From contig CAWJET010000002.1 of assembly GCA_963842085.1 (NCBI GenBank), positions 480,001 through 544,000 on the forward strand: a stretch of DNA of 64,000 nucleotides. The letters are read 5' to 3'. Source of the DNA: an uncultured delta proteobacterium. GTDB taxonomy: Bacteria > Desulfobacterota > Binatia > Binatales > Binataceae. The notes under the pieces were generated by a model, which was not told the origin of the DNA, did not search any database, and saw only the letters and a program-made list of their open reading frames with translations. How positions within the stretch are numbered: the stretch's first letter is position 1; every line of letters begins with the position of its first letter. This document shows, piece by piece, positions 1-8,375 of the stretch. The position numbers and the translations under genes were made by a program.

Positions 1-1180
1 GCGACTCCTTGAAGGTCCGCCCGATCGCCATCGCCTCGCCGACCGACTTCATCTGCGGGCCCAGCTCGTCGGCCGCGCCGCGAAACTTCTCGAACGCAAA
101 GCGCGGAATCTTGGTCACCACATAGTCGATTGTCGGTTCGAAGCACGACGGCGTCATGCGCGTGATGTCGTTGGGTATCTCGTCGAGCCGGTAGCCGACC
201 GCCAGCCGCGCCGCGATCTTGGCGATCGGAAAACCGGTCGCCTTCGACGCCAGCGCCGAGCTCCGCGACACGCGCGGGTTCATCTCGATCACGACCATCC
301 GGCCCGTGTCGGGCTCGATCGCAAACTGGATATTCGAGCCGCCGGTGTCGACGCCGATTTCGCGGATGATCCGAATCGCCGCGTCGCGCATGAGCTGGTA
401 CTCCTTGTCGGTCAGCGTCTGCGCGGGCGCGACCGTTATCGAATCGCCGGTATGCACGCCCATCGGATCCAGGTTCTCGATTGAGCAGATGATCACGACG
501 TTGTCAGCCATGTCGCGCATCACCTCGAGCTCGAATTCTTTCCAGCCTTCGACCGATTGCTCGATCAGCACTTCATGGCTGGGCGACTGTTCGAGGCCAT
601 GGGCCACCTTGGCGCGATAGTCGTCTAGTTCGCGCGCAATCGAGCCGCCGGTCCCGCCGAGGGTTCGCGACGGCCGAATGATCACCGGCAGGCCCAGCTC
701 GCCCAGCACCCGCTCCGCGTCCGCCGCCGAACGCGCAATCGCGGAAAGCGGCACTTCGAGCCCGATTTTCAACATCGCCTGCTTGAACAGGTCGCGATCC
801 TCGGCCTTCTTGATCGCGCCGAGCTTCGCGCCGATTAGTTCGCACTTGAATCGATCGAGCACGTCCGCCTCGGCCAGCTCGATCGCCAGGTTCAGCGCGG
901 TCTGCCCGCCGACCGTCGGCAGAAGAGCGTCCGGACGCTCGCGCTCGATAATCTTGGTCAACACCGCCACGGTCATCGGCTCTATATAGGTGCGATCGGC
1001 CAGTTCCGGATCGGTCATTATCGTCGCCGGATTCGAATTGACGAGAATCAGGCGGAGCCCCTCTTCGCGCAGCGCCTTGACCGCCTGCGTGCCCGAGTAA
1101 TCGAACTCGCAGGCCTGCCCGATCACGATTGGCCCCGAGCCAATCAGCAACACCGATTTCAGATCTTTACGAAGCGGCAA
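1..1180 (-). CDS. carB: Carbamoyl-phosphate synthase large subunit (N-terminal part; runs off window edge)
   Basis: Minus-strand translation from TTG at 1180 gives [33 protein letters not shown]...[10 protein letters not shown], the CarB N-terminus; directly downstream of carA. Not in the ORF track because it has no stop in the window. Confidence 0.96.
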   Translation of the reverse strand, partial: MPLRKDLKSVLLIGSGPIVIGQACEFDYSGTQAVKALREEGLRLILVNSNPATIMTDPELADRTYIEPMTVAVLTKIIERERPDALLPTVGGQTALNLAIELAEADVLDRFKCELIGAKLGAIKKAEDRDLFKQAMLKIGLEVPLSAIARSAADAERVLGELGLPVIIRPSRTLGGTGGSIARELDDYRAKVAHGLEQSPSHEVLIEQSVEGWKEFELEVMRDMADNVVIICSIENLDPMGVHTGDSITVAPAQTLTDKEYQLMRDAAIRIIREIGVDTGGSNIQFAIEPDTGRMVVIEMNPRVSRSSALASKATGFPIAKIAARLAVGYRLDEIPNDITRMTPSCFEPTIDYVVTKIPRFAFEKFRGAADELGPQMKSVGEAMAIGRTFKES

Positions 1181-1210
1181 GTTGGTGATCCCAGGATTTC
1201 GGATTTCTTG

Positions 1211-2410
1211 TCATGTCGTTTGCGCCGATGCCTCGGCCGCGATGATTCGCTCCAGCGCTTCGGCGCCATAACGCGGGAACGTATCGACCAGTTTCCGAAA
1301 TCGCGCAAACAGGTAGCTCGAATCGTGCGGTCCCGGCGATGCTTCGGGATGGTACTGCACGGAAAAGAAGGGCACTCCGGTTCCTTGCAGTCCTTCGACA
1401 GTGTTGTCGTTCAGGTTCAGATGCGAAAGCTTCGCGCGGCTTTTCAAGGACTCGTCATTGACCGCGAAGCCATGGTTTTGCGACGTGATCTCGACCCGCC
1501 GCGTGCGCAAATCCATCACCGGATGATTGGCGCCGTGATGGCCGAAGTCGAGCTTGTAGGTCTTGCCGCCCAGCGCCAGCCCCAACAACTGATGCCCCAG
1601 GCAGATGCCGAACACCGGCTTCTTGCCCAGAACGCCTGCGATGGCTCTGTAAGCGTACGGCAGCGCCGCAGGGTCGCCGGGTCCGTTGGATAGAAAAACG
1701 CCATCGGGATTGTGCGCGAGTATCTGCTCGGAGGTGGAAGCCGCCGGAATCACCTTGACGCGAAAGCCGGTCGCGACCAGCCGGTGCAAAATGTTGAGCT
1801 TGATTCCGTAGTCGAGCGCCACAATCGATGGCGCGTCGCGCATCGCTTCGTGGCTCGCGCGGACATGCCCGCGGCCCAATTTCCAATCACCGAAGTCCCA
1901 GTCGTAAGGCTTGTCGGAGGTAACCTCTTTCACAAGATCGCGGCCGACTAACCCGGGCGACGCCTTGGCCTTGCGCACCAACGAGTCGGCGTCCAGGTCG
2001 ATGCTCGAGATCACCGCCTCCTGCGCACCGCGCGTGCGCAAGTGTCGCACCAGCGCGCGCGTGTCGATACCCTCAACGCCGACCACGCCGGCGGCTTCCA
2101 GGTACTTTCCAAGCGGCATCTCCGAGCGCCAGTTCGACGGCCGTTCCCAATATTCCTTGACGATGAAGCCTTCGACGTACACGCGCCGCGACTCCGCGTC
2201 CTCGGCGTTGATTCCGACGTTACCGATTTCCGGGTAAGTCATGCAGACCAGTTGGCCCTTGTACGACGGGTCGGTCAGCACTTCCTGGTATCCGGTCATC
2301 GCGGTGTTGAACACCGCTTCGCCCACGGCCTCGCCCACCGCGCCGAATGCGCGGCCGCGGAAAATTCGACCGTCGGCCAGCGCCAGTATCGCTTCGCGCC
2401 CCTTGCTCAT
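1211..2410 (-). CDS. carA: Carbamoyl-phosphate synthase small subunit
   Basis: GEAVFNTAMTGYQEVLTDPSY, SNGPGDP, GICLGHQ and QYHPEASPGPHD motifs; start moved to ATG 2410 (MSKGREAILAL), just after the pyrC stop. Confidence 0.97.
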   Translation of the reverse strand: MSKGREAILALADGRIFRGRAFGAVGEAVGEAVFNTAMTGYQEVLTDPSYKGQLVCMTYPEIGNVGINAEDAESRRVYVEGFIVKEYWERPSNWRSEMPLGKYLEAAGVVGVEGIDTRALVRHLRTRGAQEAVISSIDLDADSLVRKAKASPGLVGRDLVKEVTSDKPYDWDFGDWKLGRGHVRASHEAMRDAPSIVALDYGIKLNILHRLVATGFRVKVIPAASTSEQILAHNPDGVFLSNGPGDPAALPYAYRAIAGVLGKKPVFGICLGHQLLGLALGGKTYKLDFGHHGANHPVMDLRTRRVEITSQNHGFAVNDESLKSRAKLSHLNLNDNTVEGLQGTGVPFFSVQYHPEASPGPHDSSYLFARFRKLVDTFPRYGAEALERIIAAEASAQTT

Positions 2411-2417
2411 CGCTCCG

Positions 2418-3776
2418 CTACGCCTTTCTCCCGTCGTAAACGATCTCGCCCGCAACCATAGTCAGCAGCGCCTTGCCCTTCAGCCGCATCCCAGCGAACG
2501 GAGTGTTACGGCTCTTTGACAGGAATTTTTCCGGCGCAACCGTCCACTCGAGATTGGGATCGATCACCGTGATGTCCGCGAGCGCACCCTCCGCGAGCGT
2601 CCCGGCCTCCAGCCGCAGCAAGGCCGCCGGATTGACCGACATCATCTGAACCAGCCGGGCCGGTTCGATCAACGATCGATGCACCAACTCGAGCGCCAGT
2701 CCGAGCGACGTCTCAAGCCCCACGACTCCGTTTGCGGCGTGCGCGAATATCTCCGCGGTGTCGTGCTCGAGGCGCGCCGCCACGTGCCCGGGGCCGAAAA
2801 ACGCGGCAAGCTGCTCCATCCGCTTGGACTTTGGATCATGCGGTGCATGGTCGCTCGCGATCATGTCGATAGTGCCGTCGCAAATCGCAGCGTGGAGCGC
2901 TTCCACATCGTCGCGACTCCGCAGCGGAGGATTCATCTTCGCGTTCGGTCCCCAGGTAATCGCGGCGCTTTCGTCCAGCGTGAAATGGTGCGGCGCCGCT
3001 TCACAGGTGACCTGCGCGCCATGCCGCCGCGCGGCGCGGATCAGTTCGAGCGACTCGGCCGTGGACACGTGGCACACATGAACCGCCGCACCCGAGCCAA
3101 TCGCAATCGCGAGGTCGCGGCGCACGCGCTCCGACTCGGCCGAATCGGTATAGCCGCTGACGCCCAGATGTTCTGCTATCGCGCCTGCGTTCAACGCTCC
3201 ATTGCATGACAGCGCGCGATCCTCTTCGTGCAGCGCAACTGCGTAGCCGAGCCGCCTGGTTTCGTCCAATGCGCGCGACAGTACCATCGCATCGTCGATG
3301 GGAATTCCGTCGTCCGAGAACAATCGCGCACCCGCATCGACCATCGCGGCGAAATCAACCGGCTCAGTTCCGCGGAGGCCTTGCGTGACGGCGGAGACTG
3401 GCACCATCCGCGCCGAGTGAGCATCTTTGGCGCGCTCGAGCATGTAGCGTGTAATCGCGGGGTTGTCGTTCACGGGTGACGTGTTCGCCATTGCTGCGAC
3501 AGTAGTGAAGCCGCCTGCCGCCGCGGCCCGCAGGCCCGTCAGGATCGTTTCCTTTTCGGGGAAACCGGGATCGCGCAGATGTACGTGCGGATCGATCAGG
3601 CCAGGCACGATCCAGCATCCACTCACGTCGACTAGGGTTACCGCCTGCAAATTTATCCCGGTCCGGTCGCTTTCGAGCGCTGCGATTTTGCCGTCGCGCA
3701 CCAACACTTCAAAAAATCCGTCGAGCGCCCTCGCCGGATCGATTACCCGGCCTCCTCTGAACAGGATCGAGTTCAA
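2418..3776 (-). CDS. pyrC: Dihydroorotase (long, class I type)
   Basis: PGLIDPHVHLRDPG, AAAAGGFTTV, KMNPPLR, SDHAPH and SKSRNTPF motifs; pyr operon context; ATGA overlap with upstream gene. Confidence 0.95.
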   Translation of the reverse strand: MNSILFRGGRVIDPARALDGFFEVLVRDGKIAALESDRTGINLQAVTLVDVSGCWIVPGLIDPHVHLRDPGFPEKETILTGLRAAAAGGFTTVAAMANTSPVNDNPAITRYMLERAKDAHSARMVPVSAVTQGLRGTEPVDFAAMVDAGARLFSDDGIPIDDAMVLSRALDETRRLGYAVALHEEDRALSCNGALNAGAIAEHLGVSGYTDSAESERVRRDLAIAIGSGAAVHVCHVSTAESLELIRAARRHGAQVTCEAAPHHFTLDESAAITWGPNAKMNPPLRSRDDVEALHAAICDGTIDMIASDHAPHDPKSKRMEQLAAFFGPGHVAARLEHDTAEIFAHAANGVVGLETSLGLALELVHRSLIEPARLVQMMSVNPAALLRLEAGTLAEGALADITVIDPNLEWTVAPEKFLSKSRNTPFAGMRLKGKALLTMVAGEIVYDGRKA

Positions 3777-5761
3777 TGCACCGCCTCGGGTTCTTTCAGC
3801 GGTTCGACGATTGAATAGATCGTTACATGGTCGTGCGACTTGGCCTTTGGATCCGCGCCGGCCGTCGCGAGGCGCACCTGCACGCGCTCGGTGCGCGAGG
3901 TCGGGATGTTCTTGCCGACGTAGTTTGGCCGAATCGGGACGGCGCGGTGTCCGCGATCGATCAACACCGCCAGCTTGACCGCGGCCGGACGTCCGCCCTG
4001 CCAGATCGTCGCCATCGCGCGCTGCACGGTCCAGCCACTGTTAATCACGTCGTCGACGAGGATGATGGTGCGGTCTTCGACGTTGAAATTCTCGGCGCCA
4101 TCGATCGGCTGCAAGGCGTCGGCCGGTTTGTACACGTCGAGCGCCGCGCATGGCGGGAGAACGCCGGTCTTCGATCCGATGAGGTCGCGCAGCCTCAGCG
4201 CGAGCATCGCGCCGCGACTTACGACGCCCACTATCGACACGCCCGGCATATCGTGAATGTCGGCAATCACCTGGTCGGCGAGAGATTCGATCGCGCGAAC
4301 GACCTCGTCTTCATTCATGACTTCGCGCTGCGGGCCGCGCTTGTAAGGTTCGTAGCCGCCTTCCTCGGCCTGCTTCACGCTGTCGAACACGGCCAGCGAG
4401 CCTTCTTCGATCCATTGGTGAACGTAGCCTTGCAGGTTTTCGTCGAAGCGATAGTAGCGATGCGAGCGCGCGTGGCCGACGTATTCGGTCTTCAGTTCGC
4501 GCTCGCAGAAGGCGCACTTAAGCGCGAGCACGCCGGCATCCGCGCTGCGGCCGAGGGTGAACCGCGGCGCCAGGTAGGCGCCTTCGAATCGCGTGATGCA
4601 GTTCAGATTTGAGCAGCGCGGCGGCGGTTCGGCCTTGAAGCGAATCGGCTCGGCCTCCGGCCGCGGACCGGCAGATACGCTGCCCGCCTTCTCCATCAGC
4701 CACGCGATCAATGCCATCCGGACCGGCACGCCGGCGGCGGCCTGCTCGAAGTACACCGCGCGCGGATCGGTATCGAGCTCGTAAGCGAGTTCGCTCGTGC
4801 GCGGCAGCGGATGCATCACCACGGCTTCATGCGTGCGCGAGGTGCGAAGCGCGCGCGCGTCGAAGCGGACGTAGTCGGCGGCACCGGATTCTTTGCCCGA
4901 CATACGCTCCTTCTGCAACCGCGTTACGTAAAATGCGTCGAGCGCGGCCGGAGGCTCGCCCGCAGGAATTTTTCGAAGCGCCTCGTCGCCGGTGAAGAGC
5001 GCCATCTGATGCGGCGCGCTCGGAGTCAGATAAAGAGCGTCGAGCCCGCCCGCCAGCGACTTGAGCTCATCCATCGTGACAGTCGAGAAGCTGTAGTTGC
5101 GTTCGGCGGCCAGCCGCTCGAGCACGTAGTCGGGAACGTCCATGCCGCTGGTCGGCACGGCGACGATGTTCGCCCCGAAACGCGCGAGCGCGTAGATCAG
5201 CGAATGAACAGTGCGGCCAAATTTCAGGTCGCCGCATAGTGCGACGGTGAGTCCCTTCAGGTGGCCCTTTTTCTTGCGCAAAATGTAGAGATCGCAAAGC
5301 GTTTGCGTTGGATGCTCGCGGCTGCCGTCGCCGGCGTTGAGAACAGGGCATGGCGCGTACTCGGCGGCGACGTGCGCCGCGCCGTCATGAGGATGCCGCA
5401 GCACGATCAGGTCGGCATAGCCGGCGACGACGCGCACTGTATCGGCCAGGCTCTCGCCCTTGGCGGCTGAGCTGGCGTGCATGTCGGCTGAGCTGATCAC
5501 GGCGCCGCCGAGGCGATGCATCGAGGACTCGAAGCTGAGGCGCGTACGGGTCGAGGGCTCGTAGAACAGTGTCGCCATGATGAGGCCGGCGGCGATCGTG
5601 ATCTGGTCGCCTCGCTCGAGCTGAGCAGCAAAGCCGTCGGCGAGCGCAAACACGCGTTCGATGTCGGAGGTGTCGAGATCCTCGATCGAAACGACGTCAA
5701 ATTTTGCCAGCCGTGACACTTTAGTGTTCGCCGCGCATCGAGCGCGCACGTTCGACCTCAT
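3773..5761 (-). CDS. pyrB: Aspartate carbamoyltransferase fusion: PyrB catalytic chain + PyrI-type Zn domain + Ada-like module + PyrR-like PRT domain
   Basis: FYEPSTRTRLSFE, KGESLADT, HPTQTLCD, GDLKFGRTVHSL, TRLQKER, MHPLPR; then CSNLNCIT...LKCAFCE; then ILVDDVINSGWT and DRGHRAVPIRPNYVGKNIPTS, all in one open frame. Confidence 0.92.
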   Translation of the reverse strand: MRSNVRARCAANTKVSRLAKFDVVSIEDLDTSDIERVFALADGFAAQLERGDQITIAAGLIMATLFYEPSTRTRLSFESSMHRLGGAVISSADMHASSAAKGESLADTVRVVAGYADLIVLRHPHDGAAHVAAEYAPCPVLNAGDGSREHPTQTLCDLYILRKKKGHLKGLTVALCGDLKFGRTVHSLIYALARFGANIVAVPTSGMDVPDYVLERLAAERNYSFSTVTMDELKSLAGGLDALYLTPSAPHQMALFTGDEALRKIPAGEPPAALDAFYVTRLQKERMSGKESGAADYVRFDARALRTSRTHEAVVMHPLPRTSELAYELDTDPRAVYFEQAAAGVPVRMALIAWLMEKAGSVSAGPRPEAEPIRFKAEPPPRCSNLNCITRFEGAYLAPRFTLGRSADAGVLALKCAFCERELKTEYVGHARSHRYYRFDENLQGYVHQWIEEGSLAVFDSVKQAEEGGYEPYKRGPQREVMNEDEVVRAIESLADQVIADIHDMPGVSIVGVVSRGAMLALRLRDLIGSKTGVLPPCAALDVYKPADALQPIDGAENFNVEDRTIILVDDVINSGWTVQRAMATIWQGGRPAAVKLAVLIDRGHRAVPIRPNYVGKNIPTSRTERVQVRLATAGADPKAKSHDHVTIYSIVEPLKEPEAVH

Positions 5762-6306
5762 TTTCCGTTTGCGTTTCCAATCACGACCGCGTCCGTGCCG
5801 TCTATTTCAGCGAGCCGCACATAAACGCGCTGGCCACGCGGGGCCTGGATATTCTTACCCACGTAGTCGGCGCGGATCGGAAGCTCGCGTTCGCCGCGAT
5901 CGACCAGCACCGCGAGCTGAACAGATTCCGCGCGGCCCAGGTCGGAGATCGCGTCGAGGGCGGCGCGCACGGTTCGCCCGGTATAGAGCACGTCGTCGAC
6001 GAGCACGACACGCTTGGCGTCGAGCGAAAACGGGATGTCGCGGCCGATCAGCCGGGGGTCGCCGGGCGCGCCCTTGCCGTCGTCGCGGTAGGATGAGATG
6101 TCCAGCGTGCCGACGGGGACCTCGCGCTTGCCGTTGGCGCGCAACTCGCCGGCAATTCGTTCGGCGAGCGTGGCGCCGCGGCGGACGATTCCGACCAGCA
6201 CGACGTTGTCGGCGCCGCCGTTGCGCTCGGCAATCTCCATCGCGATCCGCTTGACGGAGCGCCCGACCTGGGTGGCGTCGAGGGCCAGGTTGGATGCGGC
6301 GCTCAT
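5758..6306 (-). CDS. pyrR: Pyrimidine attenuation regulatory protein / uracil PRTase PyrR
   Basis: KRIAMEIAERN, LDISSYRDD, LVDDVLYTGRTVRAALD, ELPIRADYVGKN; start set at ATG 6306 because the longer ORF start lies inside the attenuator terminator. Confidence 0.95.
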   Translation of the reverse strand: MSAASNLALDATQVGRSVKRIAMEIAERNGGADNVVLVGIVRRGATLAERIAGELRANGKREVPVGTLDISSYRDDGKGAPGDPRLIGRDIPFSLDAKRVVLVDDVLYTGRTVRAALDAISDLGRAESVQLAVLVDRGERELPIRADYVGKNIQAPRGQRVYVRLAEIDGTDAVVIGNANGK

Positions 6307-6316
6307 CGCGCGGGCC

Positions 6317-6347
6317 AAAAAAAATCCCGGCTGCAAAAACAGCCGGG
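6317..6347 (-). terminator. Intrinsic (attenuator) terminator in the pyr leader
   Basis: Minus strand CCCGGCTG-TTTTTG-CAGCCGGG-A-TTTTTTTT: 8-bp GC stem followed by U8, 10 nt before the pyrR ATG. Confidence 0.88.
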
Positions 6348-6375
6348 TCCGAAAATATGCACTCTCATTGTCGTT

Positions 6376-6406
6376 CCTTTTCGCTATCTCAGTAGCGGAT
6401 TAAAGG
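6376..6406 (-). promoter_or_regulatory. PyrR-binding RNA stem-loop (anti-antiterminator)
   Basis: Minus strand CCUUUAAUC-CGCUA-CUGAGA-UAGCG-AAAAGG: CNGNGA hexaloop, UUUAA motif and CCUUU/AAAGG basal stem, resembling Bacillus PyrR binding loops. Confidence 0.85.
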
Positions 6407-6413
6407 TGACTAG

Positions 6414-6442
6414 AATTTATGATCGCAAGAGATCTGCGTCAA
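6414..6442 (-). promoter_or_regulatory. Sigma70-type promoter of the pyr operon
   Basis: Minus strand TTGACG (6442-6437), 17-nt spacer, TAAATT (6419-6414), immediately upstream of the PyrR loop. Confidence 0.7.
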
Positions 6443-6460
6443 CCCCGCGCGACCGAGACA

Positions 6461-7741
6461 TTAGCGCGATTTCTCGAATGCCTCTTCCATTGCGGCGGCT
6501 TCGAGCGACAGGCCGCGCGTTTCGGGTAGGAGCAGTGCCACGATGATCGAGTTGGGTATCGCGAGCAGGCTCAGGTAGCCGACCACGATCGACAGACCGC
6601 CGAGGCGCGCGGCGAGAAGCGCGATCAAGGTCTGGGCGGAGACCGCGGCGGCCGCACCGATCAGCGCGAACCACCCCATCATCGCGCCCCGGATCGCAGT
6701 CGGGAAAAGTTCCGTCGCGATCGAATTACCGCCGACCTGCCCCGCGCTCAGGCCAGCGGTGAAACAGCAATAGGTGACCTCGATCCATAGCCAGCGAACG
6801 GCCAGATGCGCCGGAGGACCCCAATAGAAGGCGAGCGCGCCGAAACCGGTCATCATGCCCGCAACGAAGATCGTGGGGATGCGACCGTAACGCTCGCAGC
6901 CTCGCGCGCCGAGCGGGAAACCGAGCATCCCCACGCCGCCTCCGACCAGCATCAGGACGCTGGCGGCGCCCGGCGCCAATTTCACGACCGAGACCAGGTG
7001 GAAGTACGCCCAACTGCTGGCCGCGACCCCCGCGATGTTGGCCAGCAACGCGCAGAACAGAATCGTGACCGCGCGGCGTCGATAGAGCTGCCCGAACGCG
7101 TCGTAGAAGCTGCTGGCTGAAGTCGTGCCGCTCGCGGCGGCGCGTTGCCAGCGGCCGCTTTCCGGGATGACCCTGGCCGCCCTACATAGCGCGGCGACTC
7201 CCATTGCCGAAGCCAGCACCAGCATCCATCTCCACGAGTGACGACTCGCCACCATCGGCATCACGATCAGGCACAGTCCGCCACCGAGACCCAGCCCCAG
7301 CCCGCCCCAGCTCTGCCCCCGTGCGCGCTCTTCGATCGCGAGTTCCTCGGCCAGGATCACGATACCGCCGGAGATTGTCGCGCCAATGAAGGCGTAGAGC
7401 GCGATCTCGCACAGCGCGAAGGCCGCGTAGTTGGTCGCGAAAGCAGCGGCGAGCGCGCCAACGGAGGTGCCGGCCATGCACACGAGTACCATTCGGCGAC
7501 GTCCCAGCCGATCGATCATCAGCGAAAGTCCAAGCGCGCCAATCGCCGAGAGCGAAATCCATGCGAACAGGCCCGCGATTCCCGACTCGCCGAGGTGAAA
7601 GCTCTTCGCGATCCAGGGTGAGCCGATGCCGTTGATCGACATCGTGAAACCTTCGAAGGCGAGCGCGCTCGCGATCGAGCGGACCAGCCGGCGATTCGTG
7701 AGCGCGGACTCCTGCTCGCCAATATGCTGCGGATCGACCAA
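6461..7741 (-). CDS. MFS transporter
   Basis: About 12 hydrophobic segments; DRLGRRR motif A, ERYGR, TELFPTAIRG, LPETRGLSLE. Confidence 0.9.
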   Translation of the reverse strand: MVDPQHIGEQESALTNRRLVRSIASALAFEGFTMSINGIGSPWIAKSFHLGESGIAGLFAWISLSAIGALGLSLMIDRLGRRRMVLVCMAGTSVGALAAAFATNYAAFALCEIALYAFIGATISGGIVILAEELAIEERARGQSWGGLGLGLGGGLCLIVMPMVASRHSWRWMLVLASAMGVAALCRAARVIPESGRWQRAAASGTTSASSFYDAFGQLYRRRAVTILFCALLANIAGVAASSWAYFHLVSVVKLAPGAASVLMLVGGGVGMLGFPLGARGCERYGRIPTIFVAGMMTGFGALAFYWGPPAHLAVRWLWIEVTYCCFTAGLSAGQVGGNSIATELFPTAIRGAMMGWFALIGAAAAVSAQTLIALLAARLGGLSIVVGYLSLLAIPNSIIVALLLPETRGLSLEAAAMEEAFEKSR

Positions 7742-7756
7742 GAAGAACGACGCGAA

Positions 7757-8356
7757 CTATGCGCCGCGCTTGCGCTCGAGTTTTCTTAAGCGCTGATCCT
7801 GGTCGCGGGTTTGAACTGTGATGCGGTCGTCGAAGCGGTCGAATTTGCGGGCGAGATTGGCGAGCGATTTGCTGGTTTGCTTTAGCTCGGCGCCGAGTTT
7901 CTTTGCGGCCATCTCGGCTGACGCAGCGATCTCGCGCTTGAGAATCTTCGCGGTATCGCCGCCTGAATCGGCAACCTGCCGGCCGGTGGACGCGACTGCA
8001 CGCGCGGCTTGTTCGCGGAATTCGAGCGCGCGCGTGGAAAATTCTCCGCGAAGTCCTTTCTCGGCGGCGGCCAGTTCGTCGCGGAATTCGATGCGTGCTT
8101 TGCCGAGCGCCTCGCCCAACCGCACGATCTCGGCGCCGAGATCGTCGCGCGCGGCGGTAATACCGCGCCGATTTTCGGCAATCTGCTCGGATAGAAAGCG
8201 AATCTGTCCGCCGACTTCCGCGAACTGTCCAAAGATCTCGTCGCGCAGCGTGTCCAGGCGTCCGCCGAAACCAGACACCGCTTCGACCACGAGATCGAAC
8301 CGGGCGCCCAGCTCCTCGAGGATCGCGCCAATCCTGTTCAGCGCTTCGTCCGCCAC
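7757..8356 (-). CDS. Hypothetical alpha-helical/coiled-coil protein
   Basis: 199-aa ORF co-oriented with flanking genes, AAAAGGAAGG RBS-like sequence upstream, amphipathic periodicity. Confidence 0.7.
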   Translation of the reverse strand: MADEALNRIGAILEELGARFDLVVEAVSGFGGRLDTLRDEIFGQFAEVGGQIRFLSEQIAENRRGITAARDDLGAEIVRLGEALGKARIEFRDELAAAEKGLRGEFSTRALEFREQAARAVASTGRQVADSGGDTAKILKREIAASAEMAAKKLGAELKQTSKSLANLARKFDRFDDRITVQTRDQDQRLRKLERKRGA

Positions 8357-8375
8357 CTGGCCCTTCCTTTTCGGG

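Noticed and set aside
6307-6336. Longer pyrR start (MQPGFFLARA) or a leader peptide
   Set aside because: Lies inside the terminator hairpin and U-tract; PyrR attenuation needs no leader peptide.
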